64,000 nucleotides of DNA, taken from positions 78,918 through 142,917 of the forward strand of contig UQFQ01000002.1 in the NCBI GenBank assembly GCA_900540395.1. Direction: 5' to 3'. The stretch comes from an uncultured Mollicutes bacterium. Its GTDB lineage: Bacteria; Bacillota_I; Bacilli_A; RFN20; CAG-826. This document shows, piece after piece, positions 17,847 to 25,911 of this stretch. Every line of letters starts with the position of its first letter. The stretch's first letter is position 1. The notes beneath the pieces were generated by a model. The model saw only the letters and a program-made list of their open reading frames with translations, was not told the DNA's origin and searched no databases. A program made the position numbers and the translations under genes.

Positions 17847-19709
17847 ATGTCTAATATTATAAACAAATTCAAAAATCATTTAGCTGACAATAAAGAAAGA
17901 AAATTAAAAGAACGTGAAGAATACGAAAAACGTGTTATTAATTATAACCGTGTTGTTGCAGTAGAACTGGCAAATCGTAGAAAGCCTAAAAAAGCACCTG
18001 AAGGTTCTTTTATATCGCTTCAAAATATCAACAAGATTTATGATAATCTTGTTCAAGCAGTTTATGATTTTAATTTAGACATCAAGAAAAATGAATTTGT
18101 TGTTTTCGTTGGGCCTTCTGGTTGTGGTAAATCAACAACTTTAAGAATGATTGCTGGCCTTGAAGAAATTACTGCTGGTAATTTATTTATTGATGGAGTT
18201 TACGCTAATTCTTTAGCGCCAAAAGATAGAAATATAGCTATGGTTTTCCAAAGCTATGCTTTATATCCACATATGTCTGTTTTTGATAACATGGCTTTTT
18301 CCATGAAAATTAGACCAACTGAATGCCCAATTTTAGATGAAAACGGAAATCCTAAACTTGGAATAGATGATGAAAAACTTCAAAAACTAGAAAAATCAAA
18401 AGAATTTAAGAATAACGATTTAAATAAATTAATTGAAAAAGAATCTAGTTTTGCAAATATTTTAGAAGAAACGAAGGCTAAATTTGGTGTTGAGGAAAGT
18501 AAAGACGCCAAAGAAAACATTTATAATGCAAGAGATAATCTTTTAAGTGTTCAATATGAAATTAAGAAACTAGAAAATGAAATTAATGAACTCGATGAAC
18601 AAATTGAAAAAGTTAAAAATACTCAAATCGTTTTAACTGAATACCGTAAGTTAAACAAAGATGAAATAAAAAAGAATGTTTTAGAAGCAGCCAAGATTCT
18701 TCAAATTGATGAATATTTAGATAGAAAACCAAAAGCATTAAGTGGTGGTCAAAGACAAAGAGTTGCTTTAGGACGTGCAATTTGTAAGAAAGCTAAACTT
18801 TTCTTAATGGATGAGCCTTTATCTAATCTTGATGCAAAACTTAGAGTCTCAATGCGTAGTGAAATTATAAGACTTCATAAAGCAATAGGAGCAACAACAA
18901 TTTATGTTACTCATGATCAAACCGAAGCTATGACTATGGCCGATCGTATTGTTATTATGGAAAAAGGTGTTGTTCAACAAATTGGTTCACCTCGTGAAAT
19001 CTATAATCATCCAGCTAATGTCTTTGTAGCTACCTTTATTGGCTCACCATCTATGAACATTTTAAAAGTCCAAATTAAAGATGGAAGAATTAAATTTGAT
19101 GAGAATAATTATCTTGAATTGCCTAAAGAAATTATTGATAAATTAGTCGCTAAACTTGAGGAAAGAGTCGCAAAAATCAATTATTTCATTAAAAATGGCG
19201 TTCAAGAAGAATATGAAAAAGAACTTAATGTTAAACGTGAAACTTTAAGAATTAAACTTGACACTAAAGGCTATAAATTTAGTCATGATAAAAATGGAAA
19301 TGTATTAGATCCAATTGAAAGTTTAACTCTTAATGAAGAAGAAAAAGCCGTTTGTGAAAGCTTCTATAAAGAAAAATTAAAACGCCTTTTAACTTTTAAA
19401 GATAGTTACGAAAAGATGTTAAAGGAAGGCGTCTATGAAGTTATCTTTGGTGTCAGACCAGAAGATGTTTACTTTAAAGACAATATTACCGAAAGATTTG
19501 TTAAAGAAAGTAACGAACTTACCCTTACAATTTCAATTCCTGAATTGTTAGGACATGAATATTTCTTACATGCTGAACTTGGTAAAAAAGATTTTGTCTT
19601 TAAAACTAGCGCTAATTATGATGTTAAAGAAAATTCTAATGTCAAAGTTATTGTTGATTTAAATAAAATTCATCTTTTCGATACAATTGATAAGAATATT
19701 TTGGTTTAA
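17847..19709 (+). CDS. MsmK/MalK-type sugar ABC ATP-binding protein with N-terminal extension and ~110 aa insertion
   Basis: Walker A 'GPSGCGKST', Q-loop 'MVFQSYALYPHMSV', signature 'LSGGQRQRVALGRA', Walker B 'LFLMDEPLSNLD', H-loop 'YVTHDQ'. A Lys/Glu-rich segment sits between 'FSMKIR' and 'KLNKDEIKKNVLEAAKIL'. ATG at 17847 chosen because of the RBS. Confidence 0.85.
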   Translation: MSNIINKFKNHLADNKERKLKEREEYEKRVINYNRVVAVELANRRKPKKAPEGSFISLQNINKIYDNLVQAVYDFNLDIKKNEFVVFVGPSGCGKSTTLRMIAGLEEITAGNLFIDGVYANSLAPKDRNIAMVFQSYALYPHMSVFDNMAFSMKIRPTECPILDENGNPKLGIDDEKLQKLEKSKEFKNNDLNKLIEKESSFANILEETKAKFGVEESKDAKENIYNARDNLLSVQYEIKKLENEINELDEQIEKVKNTQIVLTEYRKLNKDEIKKNVLEAAKILQIDEYLDRKPKALSGGQRQRVALGRAICKKAKLFLMDEPLSNLDAKLRVSMRSEIIRLHKAIGATTIYVTHDQTEAMTMADRIVIMEKGVVQQIGSPREIYNHPANVFVATFIGSPSMNILKVQIKDGRIKFDENNYLELPKEIIDKLVAKLEERVAKINYFIKNGVQEEYEKELNVKRETLRIKLDTKGYKFSHDKNGNVLDPIESLTLNEEEKAVCESFYKEKLKRLLTFKDSYEKMLKEGVYEVIFGVRPEDVYFKDNITERFVKESNELTLTISIPELLGHEYFLHAELGKKDFVFKTSANYDVKENSNVKVIVDLNKIHLFDTIDKNILV

Positions 19710-19718
19710 TTTTGATAT

Positions 19719-21917
19719 ATGGAAATTAGATTTGATGAAAAAAGTAAAACTTTCTTTCTAAAAGCAGAAAAATTTACTTATATCTTTTATGTTAATCATT
19801 TGAATATTTTAACTAAGTTATATTTTGGTGAACCTATTGAAATTGGCGAAATTAGTAATAACTTATTAAACTTTATTAATTGTTTAAATGCAGATTCTTA
19901 TAATTACTTTGATTTAAAAACTCAAAAAGAAGTAATTAATCAAGACCCTTATTTTTCAGGTTTAACTAGTGAAATTGAAGCGCCTTCTTTTTTAACTTAT
20001 GATAAAAGAGGAGCTTTAGTTGAAATAAGGCATAGTGATAATTCATCATTAACTGATTTTCGCTATGTTAGCCATAAGATTTATACAGGCAAAGAAGATT
20101 TAGATGACTTACCTCATTTTAATGATAAAGATGCTTTAACTTTAGAATTACTACTTAAAGATATTAAAGATGAAATCTATTTAAAAATGTTTTATACCCT
20201 TTATGAAGGAGAAAACATTTTAGTTAGACACAATGAAATTATTAATAAAAGTAAAAATGAAGTAAAAATCTTAAAGGCTAATTCTTTAGCTTTAGATTTG
20301 CCAACTTTAGATTATGATCTTTTATCGGTTTATGGAACTTATGCGACTGATCGAATTCTTGAAAGAGAAGAACTTAAACATAATATAACTTCAATTACAG
20401 AAAATGCCGGTGGAAAAGGTTTTTACCATAATCCAATGTGTATGCTTTTAAAAAAAGATACCACTTATGATAATGGTGAAACAATTGGAATTGGTTTAGT
20501 TTATTCAGGTAATTTCAAGTTTGATTTTATTGGTAACCCACTTAATAAATTAAGATGTTTAATTGGAATTAACGATGAAAATTTTGAATATCCATTAAAA
20601 ACTGGTGAGACTTTTATTACGCCGGAAGCCTTTATTTCTTATTCGATTAATGGCATTAATTCAATGAGTCATATTTTCCATAATGCAATTAAAAATCATC
20701 TTTTAAGAAAAGTAGATGGCTTTAATAAAACTATTCTTCTTAACTCTTGGGAAGGATGCATGATGGATTTTAACACTCAAAAAATTATTAAATTCATCGA
20801 TAAAGCTAAAGAGATGGGTGTTAATTTATTTGTTTTAGATGATGGGTGGTTTGCTAAAAGAAATAGCGATGATTCTTCTTTAGGTGATTGGTACGTCAAT
20901 AAAGATAAGATTGATGTTAAAAAAGTTGTAGATTATGCTCACTCAAAAAATATTAAATTTGGTATTTGGATTGAACCAGAAATGATTTCTTTTGATAGCG
21001 AATTATATCGTGCACATCCTGAATATGCTTTATATGATAGAACAGTTAATCCAACTGTCTTACGTCATCAATTTGTTTTAGATATTACCCAAAAAGAAGT
21101 AAGAGATTATATTTTTAATCAGATTAAGACATTATTTGAAGAATATCATTTTGATTATTGTAAATGGGATTTTAATCGTTTGCTTACAGAAGCAGTTAGT
21201 CAAATGGATCCAAGTAAGAACTCATATTTATATCATGCTTTTACATTAGGAAGCTATGATTTGTTAAATCGTTTTATGAAAACCTTTCCAAATGTTTTAC
21301 TTGAAACGTGTGCCGGTGGTGGCGGTAGATTTGATTTAGGAATGCTTTATTATTCTTCTCAAATTTGGGGAAGTGATGAAACAGATGGAGTAGCCCGTAC
21401 TTTGATTCAGTTTGCAACTAATGTTTTTTATCCATTAAAAGTAATTGGATCTCATGTTAGTGCTCGTAAGTTTTTAAGCATTAAAGAAAAAGCTGCGGTC
21501 GCTTTATTTGGAACATTTGGTTATGAACTTGATCCTACTAAATTAAGTGATGAAGAATTAAAAGAAGTTAAAATATCAAACGAGTGGTTTGATAAATATG
21601 AAGATTTAATTGATGAAGGGGATTATTATTCATTAATTTCACCTTATGGTAATAATTTTGTTGCTTGGGAAGTTGTTAAAAAAGATCAAAGTGAGGCTTT
21701 AATCTTTTTCATGAATTATCGTCAAGTTAACCGGGAATCACGCTTTTTAAAAGTCCACGGACTTAAAAAAGACGCTTATTATCAAAATGATTTAACTAAT
21801 GATGTATTTAAAGGGGATATTTATTCTAAGATTGGGTTAAACTTATCTAGTGGAAGACAATCGTTTACTCCAAGCTTAATCCATTTAAAAGAAGTTAGTG
21901 ATGAAAAAGAAAGATAA
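19719..21917 (+). CDS. Glycoside hydrolase family 36 (alpha-galactosidase / alpha-N-acetylgalactosaminidase type)
   Basis: 'LDDGWF', 'CKWDFNR', 'ETCAGGGGRFDLG', 'QIWGSDETD'. Classic GH36 blocks. 732 aa. Confidence 0.85.
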   Translation: MEIRFDEKSKTFFLKAEKFTYIFYVNHLNILTKLYFGEPIEIGEISNNLLNFINCLNADSYNYFDLKTQKEVINQDPYFSGLTSEIEAPSFLTYDKRGALVEIRHSDNSSLTDFRYVSHKIYTGKEDLDDLPHFNDKDALTLELLLKDIKDEIYLKMFYTLYEGENILVRHNEIINKSKNEVKILKANSLALDLPTLDYDLLSVYGTYATDRILEREELKHNITSITENAGGKGFYHNPMCMLLKKDTTYDNGETIGIGLVYSGNFKFDFIGNPLNKLRCLIGINDENFEYPLKTGETFITPEAFISYSINGINSMSHIFHNAIKNHLLRKVDGFNKTILLNSWEGCMMDFNTQKIIKFIDKAKEMGVNLFVLDDGWFAKRNSDDSSLGDWYVNKDKIDVKKVVDYAHSKNIKFGIWIEPEMISFDSELYRAHPEYALYDRTVNPTVLRHQFVLDITQKEVRDYIFNQIKTLFEEYHFDYCKWDFNRLLTEAVSQMDPSKNSYLYHAFTLGSYDLLNRFMKTFPNVLLETCAGGGGRFDLGMLYYSSQIWGSDETDGVARTLIQFATNVFYPLKVIGSHVSARKFLSIKEKAAVALFGTFGYELDPTKLSDEELKEVKISNEWFDKYEDLIDEGDYYSLISPYGNNFVAWEVVKKDQSEALIFFMNYRQVNRESRFLKVHGLKKDAYYQNDLTNDVFKGDIYSKIGLNLSSGRQSFTPSLIHLKEVSDEKER

Positions 21918-23178
21918 AAATAAAGAATATACCTATTTAATAGCTAAAAGATCGAGAAGCTTTATGGCAATGGCTCTTGATTCAATAATTGTTTGTATTT
22001 TAACAATTGTTCTTTTTTATGCAGGAGCAAATCCGATTTTAAATGCAAATGGTCAAAATGATTTAATTGCTTTAAAGGATGAAGAATCTAGTAAATTGAC
22101 GTCAATTTTAAAAGATTCACACCTAGCGGCTTATAATGATGAAACAGGAGTACTTAGTACACCTGAAAGCTTATATAATGTTTTCGTTTATCAAAACATT
22201 AAGTATTGTTATGAGAATTACCCAGAAATTTATAAGAATGATCTCGATGAATATGGATATGAAACTAAAAAAGAATTTTTCAAAGATGTTAATGAAATTA
22301 GTTTTGACAACGATTATTTAGGTTATTTTTACACAAACTATATTATTGATAAAAAAGATCTAAATAATGAAAACATCTTAGATATCAATAAAGATAATGC
22401 TAATGAATATTTCGTTAATGAAGTGCTAGACCTTAATAAAGAAGAAGGCAGTAAATTTTTTGAAATTAATAACAACGATTATTCTTGCTATCCAAGATTA
22501 AATAAAGATGTTTGTCGTTATTTATTTCAATATCATTTAATGAATGTATCTTATTCAACATTAAGAGATGTTGACAATGCTTTTTACAATTACTTTTTAG
22601 ATCGTTATGTTGAAGCTGGTAATTATTTATTAGAGTATGAAGAATATGCTAACGCCTTAAATAATTACAATTCTTATTATGATCAAATTCAGTCTAATTT
22701 ATTAACTGCAGTGATATTAACTTATACTGTTATAATTTTAATTTATTATTTTATTATTCCTGTATTTTTACCAAATAAATCAAGCTTTGCAGGGTTTTTG
22801 CTTAAAATTCACCGTTTAACCGATGATAAAAAGAGTAAACTTTATATCTATTTTTTAACAGGAATTAATTCTTACTTACATAATTTCTTCACTTTATTAG
22901 TGTCGACTTTGTTGACAGCTGGAGTAAATACTTTAAATTTTCATTTTGCTGAGTTAGGAGTGTTTACTTTTAACATTTTACACATCATTCTTTTATCTTT
23001 AATAATTAACGTTATTTCGCTTATTGTCTTTTGTGTTAGAAAAGATGGGAAAGGCTTATTCTCATTGGTTACTAAAACAAATTATTATTACTTAGTTGAT
23101 GGCGTAAAAGAAGAAAATAACGAAAAAGAAAAAGAAGATTCAACGAGCGAACCTTCTTTTGACAGCTTACTTAATTGA
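21901..23178 (+). CDS. Polytopic membrane protein, possibly RDD-family
   Basis: N-terminal 'KRSRSFMAMALDSIIVCILTIVLF' resembles an RDD domain start. Long Asn/Tyr/Asp-rich middle region, then 3-4 C-terminal TM helices. Overlaps the GH36 stop by ~17 nt. Confidence 0.55.
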   Translation: MKKKDKNKEYTYLIAKRSRSFMAMALDSIIVCILTIVLFYAGANPILNANGQNDLIALKDEESSKLTSILKDSHLAAYNDETGVLSTPESLYNVFVYQNIKYCYENYPEIYKNDLDEYGYETKKEFFKDVNEISFDNDYLGYFYTNYIIDKKDLNNENILDINKDNANEYFVNEVLDLNKEEGSKFFEINNNDYSCYPRLNKDVCRYLFQYHLMNVSYSTLRDVDNAFYNYFLDRYVEAGNYLLEYEEYANALNNYNSYYDQIQSNLLTAVILTYTVIILIYYFIIPVFLPNKSSFAGFLLKIHRLTDDKKSKLYIYFLTGINSYLHNFFTLLVSTLLTAGVNTLNFHFAELGVFTFNILHIILLSLIINVISLIVFCVRKDGKGLFSLVTKTNYYYLVDGVKEENNEKEKEDSTSEPSFDSLLN

Positions 23179-23988
23179 GTAAATATAAAGTTTTCGATAT
23201 TGCTTAGGTGTTAAGCCAGTTGCGCCTTTAAATTTTCTAATAAAGTTATTGGCATTATTAAAACCACATTCAACAGCGATTTCCTTAATACTTTTACTGG
23301 ATACTTTAAGGAGTTTTTTAGAAGCATTGACCTTAACATTTAATAAATATTCTTTGTAAGTCATCCCAACATTTTTCTTAAAGAAATCACAGAAATAATT
23401 CTTTTGATAGCCACAGAAATTACTTAACTCTTGTAGTGATGGGTTTTTATTGTAATTAGCTTGAATGTAACGCAAAACATCAACACTAGAACTTTTTCCA
23501 TTTTTTGCACATTTAACAAAACTAGAACCAATAACTATTAATAGCAAAGCATTTAATAAGTGAGATAAGATAAGCTCTTTATTTGATCTATGACCAAAGA
23601 AGATTTCTTGAATAACTTCAGCAGTTGATAAAACTTGCTTTAGTTTATTTGGTGTAAGATCAATAACAATGTCATTATCATAATCAAAGAAATTAGTAAG
23701 AATTGATTCGTCTAAAATTGATGAAGTAAATGCAATATTGATAATTTTTAGTGGCTTAGTGGCAATAATTTCATGATAATCAGTTGGTCTAAATAAGAAC
23801 ATTCTAGATTTAGAAATGTCATATTTAACTTGATTGATTATTTCGTAGCCTTCTCCTTCGATTGGAATTTCAAGTTCATAAAAATCATGGAAGTGCAAAG
23901 GGTAATATTTATCAACTTCACTTAGAACAAAATAAATTTCATTTCCGAATAAGAAACTAGTATCTAACAAATTTGGTGCATTTTTCAT
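23167..23988 (-). CDS. AraC family transcriptional regulator (cupin sensor + HTH)
   Basis: N-terminal cupin-like 'YYPLHFHDFYELEIPIEGEG'. C-terminal AraC HTH 'LQELSNFCGYQKNYFCDFFKKNVGMTYKEYL..ECGFNNANNFIRKFK'. Its 3' end overlaps the convergent membrane-protein gene by 12 nt. Confidence 0.85.
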   Translation of the reverse strand: MKNAPNLLDTSFLFGNEIYFVLSEVDKYYPLHFHDFYELEIPIEGEGYEIINQVKYDISKSRMFLFRPTDYHEIIATKPLKIINIAFTSSILDESILTNFFDYDNDIVIDLTPNKLKQVLSTAEVIQEIFFGHRSNKELILSHLLNALLLIVIGSSFVKCAKNGKSSSVDVLRYIQANYNKNPSLQELSNFCGYQKNYFCDFFKKNVGMTYKEYLLNVKVNASKKLLKVSSKSIKEIAVECGFNNANNFIRKFKGATGLTPKQYRKLYIYSIK

Positions 23989-24232
23989 AATTCTTTAATA
24001 ATCACTTTTTAATAATTTTTCTTTAATAAACTGCAATATATACTCAAATATTAAGATTGTAAAGCAATATTTACAATTATTATTATAATGAATAAATCTT
24101 AATTTTTGATAATTTTTATCGAGATTAATAAATATGCCCTAAATATTGCATATTTCTTCTTAATATTGTGATAAACATAATTCTGTCGTATGTAATATAA
24201 TTTTTACGACTAGAGAAAAGAGGAAGAAAAAG

Positions 24233-25270
24233 ATGAACGAAACAATTATGCATAAAGAGATTTTCTTAATACCTGAATCGTTAAAATTGACTAAATCTTA
24301 TAATGAAAAAATAGTTAAAGAACTTAAGAAAGTCTTTCTTGAAAAAGATATTAAAAATGTAATGGTCGTCGCAAGAGGAAGTAGCGATAACGTTGGAGTT
24401 TATCTTAAATATTTGTTTGAAATATATTTACATATTCCAGTATCTTTTGCAGCCTGTAGTGTAGTCACAAAATATAATTCTTATCTTAATTTTGACAAAA
24501 CTTTAGTAATCGGCATTTCTCAATCTGGAGCCGGAGAAGACATTAGATCTTATCTTGAGATGGCTAGAAAAAATGGTGCTTTAACTCTTGCTATTACAAA
24601 TAATTTAGATTCAATCTGTGCTAAAGCTTCAGAATTTAATTTTTATCTTAACTTAACAAAAGAAGAGGCTCTTGCCGCAACAAAAACATTTATCTCTCAA
24701 ATGTATGTTGTTTTAATGCTTGTTAAAGAACTTAGTGATAATGAAAAAGTGGCACTTGCTTTAGATTCTCTTGATGAAAAAGTAAAAGAGATTTTAAGCA
24801 AGGAAGAAGATATAAAAGAGGTCGCAAAAAATTGTACATCCTTCATTGACTGCTATTTACTTAGTAGAGGAATTAATTATGTTTCTTCTTTAGAAGGCGC
24901 TTTAAAAATTCAAGAAACAACTTTTATCAAAGCTAAAGCTTATGCAAGTAGTGATTTCTATCATGGACCAATGGCAATTGTTGATGAGAAACAAAACATG
25001 TTTTTACTTGCTGCTAGGGGTGAAGTAGAAGATGATAATCACGCTATCTATGACAAAATCAAAAGCTTAAAAGCAAATATAATTGCGATTACAAATGATG
25101 AATACTATAAGGATGAAAAGAACTTAATTAAGATTCCAGAATGTGATGAAATCATTTCTCCATTTTTAATAATTATTGCAATTCAACTTCTTGTTTGTAA
25201 TATCTCGATTTTAAAAGGAATAGATGTTGACCATTCAAGAAATTTAAATAAAGTTACAGTAACTAGATGA
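24233..25270 (+). CDS. Tandem SIS-domain sugar-phosphate isomerase/deaminase (AgaS / GlmS-C-terminal-like)
   Basis: SIS motif 'VIGISQSGAGEDI'. A second SIS half contains 'EGALKIQETTFI'. 345 aa. Divergent from the AraC gene. Confidence 0.7.
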   Translation: MNETIMHKEIFLIPESLKLTKSYNEKIVKELKKVFLEKDIKNVMVVARGSSDNVGVYLKYLFEIYLHIPVSFAACSVVTKYNSYLNFDKTLVIGISQSGAGEDIRSYLEMARKNGALTLAITNNLDSICAKASEFNFYLNLTKEEALAATKTFISQMYVVLMLVKELSDNEKVALALDSLDEKVKEILSKEEDIKEVAKNCTSFIDCYLLSRGINYVSSLEGALKIQETTFIKAKAYASSDFYHGPMAIVDEKQNMFLLAARGEVEDDNHAIYDKIKSLKANIIAITNDEYYKDEKNLIKIPECDEIISPFLIIIAIQLLVCNISILKGIDVDHSRNLNKVTVTR

Positions 25271-25321
25271 TCTAAATCGCCTAGGTAAAACTAAACGATT
25301 TTTTTAAAAACCTTGTAAATC

Positions 25322-25501
25322 TTATCTATTTTTGTTTTCTTTTTCAATTTTCTTGTTTAATTCATCAAGAAATAACTGACCCGCTTTTGATAAAACTTGG
25401 TATTTTTTCCAAGCAAAATAGATGTTAGAAGTTAACTCTGGTTCAAATTTTTTGAAGACGCCTTTATTATCATCTTTTAAAAGTTTATCAATAGTAATTG
25501 C
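25322..25501 (-). pseudogene. C-terminal remnant of a LysR-type regulator (no start, no N-terminal HTH)
   Basis: The minus-strand frame reads 'AITIDKLLKDDNKGVFKKFEPELTSNIYFAWKKYQVLSKAGQLFLDELNKKIEKENKNR*'. The pattern '..W.K...LSKA...FLD.L' is typical of LysR substrate-binding domain C-termini. The frame is closed by a stop immediately upstream (25502-25504). Confidence 0.4.
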
Positions 25502-25551
25502 TTAAACTGCAATCCTCTTTAACCAATGATAAAGAAGAAGCGGATGTAACT

Positions 25552-25896
25552 ATGAAAATAAATATAGAAATTAACAGTGAAATATTTGAAGCTGATATTG
25601 AAAACTCTTCAACTGGAAAGGCTTTTTAGATATTTTACCTATGGAATTAGAAATGAATGAATTAAACGGAAATGAAAAATATTTTTATTTAGACGAATCC
25701 TTACCTGTTAATCCTTATTCGCCTAATACTATTGGGAAAGGTGATATTATGCTTTTTGGTTCGTCTTGCCTTGTTATATTTTATGAAAATTTTAATACAT
25801 CATATTCATTTACAAGGATTGGAAAAATAAATAATGCTAATAATTTTAGATATACTTTTAGGAAGTAACGATGCAACAGTTACTTTTTCAAAATAA
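25552..25896 (+). pseudogene. Cyclophilin-like-fold small protein gene broken by two compensating homopolymer frameshifts
   Basis: Frame 1 reads 'MKINIEINSEIFEADIENSSTGKAF' and then hits TAG at 25627. Frame 0 continues '(L)DILPMELEMNELNGNEKYFYL..GDIMLFGSSCLVIFYENFNTSYSFTRIGKI'. Frame 1 resumes with 'LDILLGSNDATVTFSK*' (stop at 25894-25896). The shifts sit at T-runs 25623-25627 and 25844-25847. Confidence 0.6.
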
Positions 25897-25911
25897 TGCT
25901 ATAATTAAAAC

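Noticed and set aside
18315-18647. The ATPase insertions as inteins or assembly chimeras
   Set aside because: There is no Cys/Ser/Thr at the N-junction with a His-Asn plus nucleophile at the C-junction, and no intein blocks. The frame is continuous and the flanking ABC motifs are collinear. Two or three paralogues show insertions or extensions of the same kind.
25641-25868. The 75 aa ORF as an independent gene
   Set aside because: It is the middle segment of a frameshifted cyclophilin-like gene. The N-terminal 25 codons and C-terminal 17 codons lie in the adjacent frame (25552-25626 and 25846-25896).
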